DNA from: Haliotis rufescens
Taxonomy: Eukaryota
NCBI RefSeq assembly: GCF_023055435.1
Contig: NW_025963802.1
Coordinates: 7,998,001-8,062,000 of the forward strand
Direction: 5' to 3'
DNA length: 64,000 nt
In this document: one piece after another, positions 24,228 to 40,781 of the stretch
Layout of the letters: each line of letters begins with the position of its first letter
Position numbering within the stretch: the first letter of the stretch is position 1
The notes under the pieces: model-generated
The model's database searches: none
What the model was told of the DNA's origin: nothing
Seen by the model: the letters and a program-made list of their open reading frames with translations, nothing else
Made by a program: the position numbers and the translations under genes

Positions 24228-27200
24228 ATGGGGCAGTATTTCTGCAAACTTGGATGGTTTAAGAAGAAGGATGTTAGACTGCTTATGCATGGTAGGTATA
24301 ATTTCATTTCGTTTTGTTCCTATTGAGTCATTACCATATAGTTTCGTTTGGAAAATATCGAAAATATTGGTAGCTCAAGATCCGAACATGAAGCACTAGC
24401 TCCGAAGTCGAAGCTATGTACTGCTTATATGTTACTATCAGGCATACATACTTGTTTCTAAAACATGACCATACGAATTGGGATGGGATTTAAGAAATAA
24501 AATGTTCCAGTTAAACTGTAACAAATAGACTCTCATTTCGGAGAAAAAATGTTTGCCTTGACACAGTGACTTATACATTGTATAATAATAGTATCTCCAT
24601 GCTGTACCATATAGAAGGAGCGGTCTAGTGGTTAAAGCGTTCGCTCGTTACGCCGAAGACCCGGGTTCGATTCCCGACATGGGTACAATGTGTGAAGCCT
24701 ATTTCTGGTGTCCCCCGCCGTGATATTTCTGGAATATTGCAAACAGCGGCGTAAAACCATACTCACTCACTCCACTGTACCATATAGCTTTGTTTTGAGC
24801 CCCCGTTGAATTATGCGATGCTAAATATAGCAGTCCAACCAACGTAGACTCGTGTGCGCGAGAAATTCGTTGGGAAATATCTGATAAGAAGTTGATATAG
24901 TGGCGTCACTTGCCGGGGGACGCCATGGTAGCGAACAGGTCGTGCAATCGAGGGTATTTGATCTCAACAGATTAGATAAACTGACAATGTCACACGCATA
25001 GTTGGATAGCGAGTAGGTGAGTTCAAAATTAAAGTCGCATCGGCAATATAGCGACTGCAACAAGGAAGTGTATTTTCTTGAGTTGAGAACCAGATAACAC
25101 GTACAAATAAACTGTGTCTCATCTGTGTTAATTGGTCGACCTGAAACCAACCGTATAGTCAGGATTTTGTCCTCATTGAACGAGCTAAACAACAATCTAC
25201 AACTCATGATAAAACACAATTCTACAGAACTGAGTGATGTAAGAATGTTCTTTTTATGCGGGGTGATGCATGGTCAACCTTATTTACTTCCAGGACTCGA
25301 TGCTGCAGGGAAGACCACGATAATGTACATGCTTAAACTCGGAGAGGTTGTTTCAACCATTCCAACAATTGGTGAGCCTGATTGGAGATAACTTTCTGAA
25401 TTTATAAATGTTTAGAATATCCCTTGAGGGCCGACATTATATAATGAGCGAAGCATTTCAAATTCTGATTAATGGGCTTATTAATACAGAACAAGTAACT
25501 CGTAACTGTCAGCTTCCCGTCATCAATCACTGCACTGTACTGCACAGCTCATTAATAGGGTTTTGTTTGTTTGCTATATGACGGCCGTCTGTAAAAAATT
25601 GTCTGGACCAGACAATCCAGTGACTTACATCAAGAGTATCGATCTACGTAATTGGAATGCGATGACATGCATCAACAAAGGCAGCGAGTCTGACTACGCG
25701 ATCCCTTTAGTCGTCACATACGACAAGCGTAGTCGCCTTTTACGGCAAGCATGGGTTGCTGAAGACCGATTCTACCTGGGTTCTTCACGGGTCCAGCGAT
25801 AGGATGGCCTTATAAAAATATATATATTCATCAAGAATCTGACAACATCCATTCTATACTTCTGTTTGCAGTCATAAAGACCAATTCAAACCCGCATATT
25901 CATGGGTTTCATGGTAGGGAAAATTTTCGATTGAAATTTAAAATGGTTCTTAATTCACGCTTTGTTCGAAATTTCAGGTTTCAATGTGGAGACGGTTACA
26001 TACAAGAATATCAACATCACGTCCTGGGATGTGGGTGGCAGAGGCGCTATCGTGAGTTGGGATGCTCATTCCTGTATTTTTTGTTTGTCGATTGTGAAAA
26101 ATAATGTGCAGATCACTTAAAACTCATGCTTTCATTTGCATTTTTAGCTCAGGTTAACCGGAAGTCCATGTGAGCTTATGTCGTTGCTGTAATCCATGGT
26201 CCCGCCATCCAACCGTCATAAATATTTCGACCAAGCATATGATGCTTACTGTCTTTTTTTTTCAGCGCCCCCTGTATCGCCACTACTACCCCGGCACCGA
26301 CGCCGTCCTGTTCGTGGTTGACAGCAATGACCTGGAACGTATGGAGCAAGCCAGGGACGAGCTGGTACGTTTGCTTGAGGAAAAGGACCTCAAGGACACC
26401 GTCTTCCTCGTACTGGCCAACAAGCAGGACCTGCCAGGCGCCATGACAGTTCCAGAGGTTGCCAAGGCAGTGGACTTCCAGGGGATACTGAAAACTCATA
26501 GTAAGTTGAAAGAATAATATAAGTGTAAGATTGTTATAGTTTTGTAAACTTATACTTTGAAATGATCACCAGACTAGACACTTTGAACATCCTTGTACAT
26601 GTTCGGACCCATGCGTGTATGTTCATAGTGGGAACTTTGGGAACTCCCTCTCACACCTTTGACATATTGAACTATTCTAACAACGAATGAATGAATGAGT
26701 ATGGTTTTACACAATATTCCAGCTATATCACCGTGGGAGACAGAAGAAATTGGTTTCACACATTGTACCCATGTGGGCATCGAGCCCGAATTTTCAGAGT
26801 GACACTCAAACGATTTAACCAGTTGGCTGCCCCACTGCCCCTCTACCATCGATCAAAAAGTTACTGACTATCTGTACGGAGTGAATAAATGGTATAAGTC
26901 CCGAGGCTTGCGGACACATGTGTTTCTCAATCACATAAAGACATCATCTTAGTCAATCTATTGTTTGAAAGACGTGGCATAAATTTGCCTGTGACACTAT
27001 AAACATTGAGTGGGTGAGTGAGTATGGTTTTACGACGCTTTAGCAATATTCCAGCAATACGCCGGCGGACACGAAAAATGGGCCTCACACATTGTATCAA
27101 TGTGAGGAATCGAACCCGTGCATTCGGTGTGACGAGCCTAACAACTAGGCTACCCGACCGCCCCCTATAAATATTTGATGACATAACTTTTGTTGACATT

Positions 27201-27768
27201 TAAGGTGAGGTGAAATACCATGCCGCAGTTTAACATGAATACCCCACTCAGACACAGTATACTGACTCCAAACCGACCAGTCCTTGTTTTAGCCCCTTAA
27301 TGCCGAGCGCCAGACAGGGTAACAACACGTACCATCTTTTAACGTCTTTTGACGTATGACGCGGCCGGGGATCGAACCCCGGACCTTCCGCTCTCCGGGC
27401 GGACGCTCTACCACTAGACCAAGGAAGCGGTCTGACAGTTAAGCTGTTGTAGGGGAACTACAGTGCCGTGACGCTATTGTTTAGTTATGATAAATGAAAC
27501 ACATTAAAATGCTCACTATTGGCTTATTCTAGGAGCGACCATCATAGGATGCAGTGCTATCTCAGGTGAGGGACTTAATGACGCCCTGCACTGGATGTCA
27601 CAGGAATTTGCCGAGGGGAGGTCACGGCAAAGCCCGGATGCTAACCCTAGTGACCCGGAAACAGATGCAACCTCGGAGAAGAAGACTGAAAAGTCTCCCT
27701 GGTCTCTGTCCACTTACATGAAAGGAACACTGGAGTCTCTGAAAGCGTTTTTACCGAAACTAGGTTGA
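24228..27768 (+). CDS. Arf/Arl-like small GTPase 2, 228 aa; exons 24228-24291, 25294-25371, 25978-26051, 26266-26500, 27533-27768
   Basis: [33 protein letters not shown]...STIPTIGFNVETV...[17 protein letters not shown]...ANKQD...CSAISGEG...AFLPKLG. GT-AG introns, 687 nt in frame. AATAAA at 27811. Confidence 0.95.
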
Positions 27769-30700
27769 ACACCTACGTGTACGATAACGGGTCTTGGTTT
27801 AATTCGAGAAAATAAAGCACACATGTTATGTTATATCAGAGACCATAAGATTGAGGGACAGTCATCTTAGCTATGTGCTTGTACTGCACAGTAGGGCTTC
27901 CACGAGTCCAATTTTTTGGACTCGAGTACCCGAGGAGGGAAACTCGACTCGTACTCGAGTACCCGAAAGTAGGACGTCCTTTAAGAATATTGGTTCATTA
28001 GATCAAAATTGCTATCTAAAAGTATTAAAACATGTTATAAGTATAATTGAAATGCACTGAAATGTAAATAGAAAGCGTCCACGGAACTTATTTATCTGTC
28101 AAAGTGTATGAAAGTGTTCAGTGTTAATGTTTGCTTGTAACTGCACTAATCTTAATCACGACCTTCAAAAACATTACGTCACGTCTACAAATACTACTAT
28201 ACATATTGAACACAAACCAAGTTTTTTTTTCTGACGATCAGCTTTTCATTCGACACCTGCCAATAAGCACGAACAATAATTCGCAGGAAGAAAATCGATA
28301 ATGTGCATCACGTGACATACACGTATACACAGCTGGTGGGCTGCAAGACTAAGGCCGCTAAATATGGAAATATACGTAGTACTATAAGTTCATTCATTCA
28401 TGAGTTGGTCACGTTTTCAAATTGTACCAAACTGTCGACCTGTCGCTTGATTTGTAAGCACTGAAATAGCACATATATACCAGCTAATCAGTTGTTAATC
28501 TGTGTAAGGGAATACACTTGGCATTTGAGTCGGAGCAAAGAAGCAATAATCGCCTTGATACATTCATAATTACGTCTAGGATTACACCATACCACTGTTG
28601 CAGCCCGATGTAGTAGGTAGGGAGCGGCAAAAGCCAGGGGATGGAGTGAGACTGCACAGGAATCAGAATTGTCAAAACGGCATGTTCTATATATACTGTT
28701 CAACTTTTAACAGGGATATTTTTTTTTCCATAATAAACAAAACTGATTCTCATATGTCAAATGGGTTTTTTAAACAGAATGGCATGTTTATCCCTTTCAA
28801 ACGTTGAGTAGAATACATACCCCACACCGGCCATTTTATGAAAAACAAAACTAAACATACTAAACATCGGTACATTTGGAAGCTTTGAAGGTGAAAAGGC
28901 ATACTAGAAGTACACTAATTACAACACTATAACTTACTTATTATGAAAATTGCCAAATTATAAAACGCACCCCTATTTTTTGCCAAATCCTGTATCTGGT
29001 TGTAATTGTGTGTGTAAAGGGCTTCATGTGCAACAGATATTGATGCCTCGCTGAAGCCCTCCGACGTTAGAAGGACAAGTTTAATAGGGTGCCTATCTAG
29101 ACTCGCCGAGAGGAGTTAATACTGGATAATAATGAGAAAACTGTTTGTCTTCGATTTGATAGTGAGCGAGGAAAGATTTAATCTTGCATCGGCAATAAGA
29201 AGATATTCTTTGATTTGTTGGTGACTATGAGGACATATTGACAGAGTACTCCCTCCTTCATGGTTGAATACGGATTATGGTGTACATCTTGTACTTGTTA
29301 TATGAACTGGTTGATGAACCAATATATCGGCATATGAATCGGTTTGTATTCTCACATGTAAACAACAAATTCAAAGAGTTAATTGTATCACATGTTCACC
29401 TCTTGGGAATAAATATCGTTGCCTGAAAGAAGTATTGTTATTTGTGACGGAGTTGTTTGGTCACCAAGGTGGGAAATGTCCGGACAAGCCGTGGTGAATC
29501 TGGGATTCGAACCCGCAACCCTCGGATTTAGTAACCACTAACACTAGATAGTTAGTCCTGTACAGTCAGGTGATTAAAGTATAAGAAGGTAGGTTATCTC
29601 GGTATATTGCTGAAACTGAAGCCTCGGTGACTCATAAATCCACCAACCCCTTTTAAGAATAATGTGGGGTCCAAGTGGGACACCGCAATTCAGTTCCGTC
29701 CCTTAGCTGTGCCAGGATCAGCTGATCTTTGGTTCTCTGTCGTGTTATACTCCATATATCACCAGTATATTGCTGCTCGATTGCTCGTGGGTTTCGCGGA
29801 ACTGGAATTAGTTGGATATCTGATTTACTGTTTAAAGCGTGGTTATACCCAACTCACTAATACGTACGTAGCCAAGTCGTCGAAGTAACGCTCCGCGATT
29901 CGCTGTGCAGAGTTGCGTCCCTTAGGGGTGCCAGAACCGTATAATCGTGGGTTTGAATCACGGTTCGCTCACGTAATGTTTCTACGTTTGTCAGCAAGAG
30001 ATCCGCCTGGGACCTGCAACACTTCGGAATTTCCCCTGTTATCAAGCGTTGTTATGTGTTGTTCAAACTCACTCCCTAATGAGTATATGTGTAGACAGGC
30101 TTTACACGTATGTTTGTTTAACGCCGAACTCCATCTATATGACTCCGGACTGTAAATATTCGAGTCTGGACCAGACGATCCAGTGACATACATTATGAGC
30201 ATCGATCCATGCAATAGGGATACGATGAAATGCATCAACCAAGTCAGCGAGTCTGACCATCCGATCCCGTAGTCGCCTCATACGACAAGCATAGTCGCCT
30301 CTTATGTCAAGCATGGGTTGCGGAAGACCTATTCTCTACAGGGATCTTGACGGGTCCTTTACAAGTTTGAATGGAATTACTCTTGTATTCTTGATGTTTC
30401 GTGGGACGTTATTCATTCGCTTCGGACCCTCGAAATATCTCGTGATACAACCAACACATAGAAACGTAAATATTTCATCCAAACTGCGGTTTATTGTAGA
30501 CTGAGATACATGTAACAGTTCTTGTAAATTCTTTGTTTAACAGAATTTTTTTTCGGTGAAAATAAGCCGCATATTATTCAGTGAAAGGAGAAACTGAACA
30601 ACTGAATTTTCTTTTCACAAAACGTTTGTTCAGGGCACCCACCATGCCAAGCGAACAATCCTCTGTTGTTAAACACGAATGCTTGTCTAAGAGGTGACAA

Positions 30701-30966
30701 ACGAGGTCGGGTGGTCAAACACACAATAATAATCACGAAGCTCTCAGAATCTGTAAAGAGTGGGTGAGTATGTTCTTACGCCGCATTTCGCAATATTCCA
30801 GCAACATCCCGGCGCGGGACACCAGAAATGGGCTTCACACATTGTACCCAGAATCTGTAAAGAACTTTCAGCTTCGGAAACAAAATATGTCAAAGCATAT
30901 ATCCTAGCGCACGTCCACGGATATTATACGTGCGCTTCCATGATAAAACTGTGCAGATTGTACACC

Positions 30967-31016
30967 GTGACGTACTTCCGGCCACCGTGGATTTGACAGG
31001 TAAACAAACTCACGAG
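30967..31016 (+). promoter_or_regulatory. Conserved upstream module of Arf-like gene 3 (half-CRE + ETS + GTAAACA)
   Basis: gtgacgtacttccggccaccgtggatttgacaggtaaacaaactcacgag. A diverged version lies at 47424 and 61515 upstream of genes 4 and 5. Confidence 0.65.
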
Positions 31017-31126
31017 ATGGGGGCGGTATATGTAACAGTCGTTGTTGGCGATGATTGTGTCATTCGCTCAGTGACAACTGACAAGGTAGCTGTGTTTCCG
31101 TGTCCGTGACAGTCCCAACTGTCAAC

Positions 31127-33957
<2,831 letters not shown>

Positions 33958-35349
33958 ACACATCCCTGTTTTGATAATGGCACAATAGCCTATTGCAGAG
34001 CTTCCGGTCCCATTTAAAAACGAGGCTTGAGAGCCAGGGCCCCGTTCCACAAAGCGAGCGTAGCTCCCGTACTTTAACATAGACTTACGTCAGTCGTAGC
34101 ACTACGATGGTTTTGTGGATCTCGGCAATTATGCATTCGGGGACTCTACGTTCATTTTCGTTTTGATAATTATAACTTGATAAAAAGTCCATTGTAGTTT
34201 GTATTAAATTAGCGTAAATATTATGGAGTGCGAGGTCGTCATCTTTCTCAGTGAAGCCCATTTCTGGTGTCCCCCGCCGTGATATTGCTGGAATATTGCT
34301 AAAAGCGGCGTAAAACCATACTCACTCACTCACTCTTTCTCAGATTCAGATTCAATAGACCACCGACGGTGGTACAAGAGCATACAGAAATTATAAAGAT
34401 GAATATAATATGTACACCAAGAAGGCTGTGCGCATTTAGATTTAGCATTCAAAGTGGTAAATACAAATTATACATATTTTGATAGACGTTTAAGCTCGTT
34501 TAGTTTGGTTGTTAGAAAAAGGCTTTTTAGTGAAAACACATTTGACCAAGTTAAATATCGTCTAGGAATACGTGAAAATCATTTGTTATCACAAGCTTGA
34601 CTTCGATATATAATGGAAATCACCTGTTATTGCTGGAGAGGTACAGAGAACATAGACGTTGTTCAGAAAGGCAAATCCGTTTTGAATTGCGCAAGTTAAC
34701 CCTTTTGTTACACTATTTATGTGTTCATGTATATCTGGTGTAGTCTCTCATACGTCTTTCAATTATTTTAGTGTTAAAACACCGAACCACTGATCATGTC
34801 GAACACGTGGCTTACTAATAACAGCAAGAGGAGTATTTATTTACATTTATAGGAGTTCATAGTTCAAGGATTAACCAAATTCTCCCCTTTGAGTAAACAG
34901 ATTTCTGAAAAACACTGATGGGTCAATTATTTATCAGATGTGTTTTAGTAACTGTAAGTGTTATATATACAACATGGTTGAACAGCACACAACGCTAAGT
35001 GTTAGGTTTCAGTGCTTTCGTCTGCTGCAGCAGTACAGAACAATTATTCCTCCGAAATAGTTTGCTGAAATGTTAGATATTAGGAATATTGATTATGTTA
35101 TATTTGGTTATTATTTGTAATATATATATTCAACTGTTTCTTATTCTCCTTTATCTTATCCTACACAGACCGGTCTACTATGTTTCTGAAGGGGTCAAAG
35201 CTGACCCGTTTAATCACTGATGCATAACTTTGTTTTGATGACACTGTAGACGAAACGAACTATAGACGAAAGTTGTCAGCCCCAAAGGGTGTCGCGCGCT
35301 GGAAAGGCGCTTGTTCGGTTCGAAGTAAAAGGGAGCTCTTTGCGATGTT

Positions 35350-36906
35350 GTTGTTTTTTCTATGCTAAATCAAGTTTTAGAAGAAGAAAAAAGAATCGCA
35401 TAAAGAAGGATGAATATTCAAACGTGCACGTTGTGTTTTAATTCACTTAACTGAGCCAGCTTAGTGGAAGCGATGATATGGGAAGAGTAACGAAGGTTCC
35501 ACCCGCTGGGAAGGAACTTGTTTTCGGTAAAGGTCAAAGGGAGATAACTCAGTAAACGGTTTCATACACTCATACAGTGTTTTGTAATTAGCAGAATATC
35601 TGCAGAGTGGAAATGGATGTCGTTTCATGCGTAGCACACCGACTATTTCAGTTTCATGCGGGTCCAACAGGCTTATTCCATTACCACCATACTACAGCGA
35701 TATGACTCTTTGGGTTTGAGCCGTGTCGTTGATGGTCAAAGGGAAGTAACTATAAATCCTGTTTTCATTTGCCAACAGTCTTACCTCCCTTGGAGGCAAG
35801 CGACGTAACTCTTGATTTGATGTGCGCTATTATCTCCCTTTGATCAGGGGAACACACCGTGTGTGAAGTTTTAAGCGAGACACTGTACGGAGTTTGGGCA
35901 AGGGAGTAAACTCTTGTACAAACACGATTACCTCCCTTTGACCACAAACAAAACCACTGTCGCCTACCACATGCATGGTTCTCTGCGCTGTTTGTTTTCT
36001 ATGTCAAGTCCATGTTTAGAAGAAACCAGAATCGCATAAAGGAGGATGAATATGCAATCGTGAACGTTTTAATACACGTAACTGAACCAACTCAGAGGCA
36101 GCGATGATATCGTAAGAGTAACGAAGGTTCCACCCGCTGGGAAGGAACTTGTTTTCGGTTAAAGGTCAAAGGGAGATAACTCAGTAAACGGTTTCATTCA
36201 CTCATACAGTGTTTTGTAATCAGCAAAATATCTGCAGAGTGGAAATGGATGTCGTTTCATGGGTAGCACACCGACTATTTCAGTTTCATGCGGGTCCAAC
36301 CGGCTTATTCCATTACCTCCATACTACAGCGATATGACTCTTTGGGTTTGAGCCGTGTCGTTGATGGTCAAAGGGAAGTAACTATAAATCCTGTTTTCAT
36401 TTGCCAAACAGTCTTACCTCCCTTGGGGTAAGGGACATAAATAACTCTTGATTTGCTGTGCAGTATTATCTCCCTTTGATCAGGGGAACACGCCGTGTGT
36501 GAAGTTTTAAGCGAGACACTGTACGGAGTTTAGGCAAGGGAGTTAACTCTTGTACAAACACGATTACCTCCCTTTGACCACGAACAAACAAGCTCCTTCC
36601 CAGCGCGTGACACCTTCGTTACACTCTCGGTATAGAGAGCTCCGGGAACGTACTATCGCTGTGAGGAGCATGACGAACAAAAACCACTGTCGCCTACCAC
36701 ATGCATGGTTCTCTGCGCTTTTTGTTATCTAGGTCAAGTCCATGTTTAGAAGAAACCAGAATCGCATTAAGGAGGAAGAATATGCAATCGTGAACCGTGA
36801 ACGTTTTAATACACGTAACTGAACCAGCTTAGTGGAAGCGATGATATCGGAAGAGTAAGCATGTTTTCGGTTGAAGGTCAAAGGTAGACAACTCAGTAGG
36901 TAAACG
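35350..36906. repeat. About 620-630-bp tandem repeat array, left part
   Basis: The gcagaatatctgcagagtgg motif recurs at 35591 and 36223 (632-bp period). The repeated MDPHETEIVGVL ORFs are its translation. Confidence 0.9.
36589..36672. mobile_element. Tiny TIR element, 84 bp, with 9-bp TSD acgaacaaa
   Basis: Present in one unit of the tandem array and absent from sister units (empty site gaccacaaacaaaaccactg). Confidence 0.85.
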
Positions 36907-38184
36907 GCCCTGTTTATCAGCATGATCAGCTGTTCATTCAGACCCAAACATTAATGAATAGGCCTAAACATTTGATTGTATATTTATTTATGTATGTTAT
37001 TATGTAAACAATCTTTCTTTTATTAACTATAACTACGAAGTAAAATTATTCATATACAAAAATATATACTCGTCAAAATGTGATTTATTAATATTGAATA
37101 GCCAATATTCTCATGCTACTGTTCAGCATCTGTTCATTCACAGACCCATTTACCTTAGTAAATGTGATCAAGTTTCTGCTTGCATAAAGCAATGTAAAGA
37201 TATTTCTATAATCAGAGCTCCAGATAACTTTTTTTGAGCAATTGAGGTTTTACTCTAGGGTTTCTATATTAAAAGGGTTATAAGTATAACATTTTTCATA
37301 GGGTAACCAATATTATTTCACTCATCCATTCATCACTCTATTGGGATTTTCCCAAAATTAGTGAACATTTATTATTATATGTATATAACTGTACTTAATA
37401 ATATTGGCTTGACTCAGATAGTAAATTAGCTCATAATTGTGTTTCAGAAATTAGCCCTGTTGTATGATTGCTGAAAAAGCTTCATTGGGTATTAATGCGT
37501 GCTGTTTTTATACATTTGAGTTTTTCCTTAAATGCATGCGTTTTTGTACACAAGATAATCAGTAATTGGGTTTTGAATATTTTTGGGGAGTATTTTACAC
37601 AAATATGCAGCTTATCTGTAGCTCTGAATAGGGTACACACACATTTTGATAATGAACACCATAAAAAACGACCATGAATGTGTCTTCAACTTGTGTATTG
37701 TTGATTTATTCCATGTTTGCAAGTGAATTTAGATATTATTATTTTGGTTGATTCATTGTAAATGCTTGTTCTTGTTGCTTTGTGTTAAATTCCTGTTTTT
37801 AAGGAGCCATACAAACGATAACAAGCCTGAAGCTTCCGATGGAAGAATTACTCAAGGAGGCCTGGGAAACTCAGTTTTGTACAATTTTCTATTATTGGTA
37901 AACTCTATAAGTAAATCACTAGAGGAATTTGAGGTTGTTCGACATGTAACATTACTACAGTGTAGTAATATTTTCACCTGCATTTTCATATAATTAATAA
38001 CACTTATAAAAAATTAAAAGCTACATGCTTATTTTCTTAATTCTTAAGAGGGTGAACGAAGTCGTCTCCAGGCAGCTGCGGTTCCCTCCATCTTCCCACA
38101 TCCATCATGCACCGGTACATCAGCACTACCAACTCGACCAAAGAGGGCACATCAACTCCGTGAAGAATAGCAGACATAGCTTTA

Positions 38185-39558
38185 TTGAATGTGTTGTCGG
38201 AGGTGGAAATCGGTATTGGAGAGGATTGTGCTATCACAAGCCCAAGTAGCTTGAATGAGCCTTTTGAAACATGTGAAAGTAACTCTCAGTCTACTCAGTG
38301 CAGTTTGTTAGGAAGTTGTTCCATAGAAACCTACATCAATAATCCCAAAGCTGTTTTGTACTTTGCTGGTTTCCAAGATTATGACGATTTCATGTTTTTC
38401 TTTCACTCGCTTGGTCCAGCAGTTTTTGAACTGAACTATCAATGTGAACTCTTGCACCCAAAAGACCAATTGTTTTTACCGTATACAACGTAATAAGCGC
38501 CCCGCTCTAATAAGCGCCCACGGCGGTATTTGCTAATATATTGGCTAGTGAACAATACCAATTAGCACCCCTCACGATTGATCAATGTTCAAGACGTATT
38601 TATTCGCGTACAATACACACTCGTGTGTTATATGTACCCTTAATAATGGGCAATTAAATTCTAGAAAAATATATTTGTCGTACATAAACATTTCAGGCTG
38701 TCAGCATAAACCACGAAATGTATCTTTCAACTATGTTTTTTTTCATCAAAATAATATTCTAATAAGAGACCCCTTTTTCTAATTTTGAGAGCGCCCTGGG
38801 CACTTATTACGTCGATTGCGGTAAGTCTAATGAAATTAAGACAGACCAAAGATGACATTGAATTAAGTTTCTTGTTTGGCATATCATCATCCACTGTTTC
38901 CAAAATTGTAATAACATGGATCAATTTCTTATATTTCCAACTGAAGGAACTACAGATACTGCCATCAAGAGCAACTGTAGATGATCACATGCCAACAGAT
39001 TTCGGTGAGAAGTTTAAAAACACTAGCATCATTGTGGATGCAACAGAGATACCAACAAAGAAGCCATCTCATGTTGATGCTCAGAGCATGACATGGTCCA
39101 GCTATAAACATCAAAACACATTGAAAACCATGATCGGTTGCACACCCAGAGGGGCAGTCTCATTTATTAGCGAATCTTTTGGGGGGTCTGCAAGTGACAG
39201 ACAGATCATAGAACAATCTCCTTTACTTAACCCATTACATGGTTTGTTTAAAAAACAGGATAGCATTATGGCTGACAGGGGCATTATGGTTCAAGACTTA
39301 TTTGCAGCCCAAAATGTTCAAGTAAACACTCCAACTATGATAAAAGGCAAATCACAGTTAGAACCAGAAGATGTTGTTAAGGACAGAAGAATTGCTTCTA
39401 AAAGAATCCATGTTGAACAGATAATTGGTCTGAGTAAGACTTTCAAAATTCTGAAAAAACATCTCCTACAAAGTAAAGTAGTACTTGGATCGCTGATTGT
39501 TTATGTTTGTTTTGCTATTTCAAATTTCAGAAATTCAATTGTAAATGAATTTGCTTGA
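38185..39558 (+). pseudogene. DDE_Tnp_4-type transposase, interrupted by a MITE
   Basis: ..HPKDQLFL[MITE]SLMKLRQ..IIVDATEI..WSSYKHQNTLK..GGSASDRQI..IMADRG..RIHVEQIIG. Confidence 0.88.
38479..38821. mobile_element. TA-targeting (Tc1/mariner-pogo-type) MITE, 343 bp, inside the transposase
   Basis: TIR ccgtatacaacgtaataagcgccc / gggcacttattacgtcgattgcgg, flanked by TA. Removing it restores the frame QLFLSLMKLRQ. Confidence 0.88.
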
Positions 39559-40781
39559 AGCATCTCTTCTTTGTGATATCTGTGACTGAAATTTGTAGTA
39601 GTAGTAGAATTTTTGTTCAGTAGTGTGAGTGATTGAGAATTGTTTTACACCGCTTTTAGCAATATTCCAGCAATATAATGGCGGAGGACACCAGAAATGA
39701 GCTTCACCCATGTTACCCATGTCGGGAATTGAACCCGGGTCTTCGACGTGGACGAGCAAACACTTTAGCCACAAGGCCACCCCACTGCCTTATACAGTAG
39801 TAATATAATCGGTATGGTCACATGGCCTATAGTATAGTTTTCCGTAATAATAAGTGGTCATGTGAGAGCTCGTAATTTCAAAAACATGTTTCATATACAG
39901 AGCAACAGATTTATGGAGATGTACATTTCTTGTATTTAGCTAATTGACCAATTGAATGTGTGTTGTTAAAGCTATGAAAAGGTAAATACCTTATTCTTAT
40001 CACAGAGTACCTAGGGCATATAAACCTAATATGATACTCATCTTCAACAAAATCTAAATGACAATATGTATATAAAGTATTAGAGTTACCTACATTTGTA
40101 AACCTGTTCAGTGAAATCTGGAGGAAATCCAAAATCTCTCTCTCTTGAGTGTCTGAATAATTATATGTGTATATATGGAACATTAGTTGAGTACTGTGTA
40201 TATTCTTCAAATGGAATCGTCATGAATCTTCAACTTCACACTAAACTGTCTTAATGGTAGCTAAATCATATTGGACATGTGCATGATTTACAATTCAAAT
40301 TGCTTTTTCATTGCAAATATAGATCAAGGCACAGAATATGCATGATGTATGCACAACATAATAATTTGTATTAATATAACATTTGATGTTGACATGAGCA
40401 TGTGAAACAAATTGATATTTGGAAAAGATGTGAACTTATTTGGATTTTTTTTTCTTTAAGTGATACAGAATTTACACCCAAGCATAAAATGATACTTTAG
40501 TTATAAAGACTGACGAACAGTCACCATTTGTCACAATAAGTTTCCAAAATGTTGATTTGACGCTGGAGACCAATTACCGAATAAGAGAAAAGACCATCAT
40601 CAACAAAAAGTCCAAGGAATATTTCTATTAGATCTGGATATAACTGTATGACATTTTTAGATTTTGAGTTTATTTCAACCTGAATGTGCTAAATACACAA
40701 ACACAAACTCCCAATGGGAATCAAACATACATGTTAGGTTATTACCATTTGTACATACACAAGCTCGGACTCATAAATGCC

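Noticed and set aside
39911-40210. 99-aa ORF with EDEYH..FICPRY motif
   Set aside because: Looks like a short LINE 3'-end fragment inside the transposon, not a gene.
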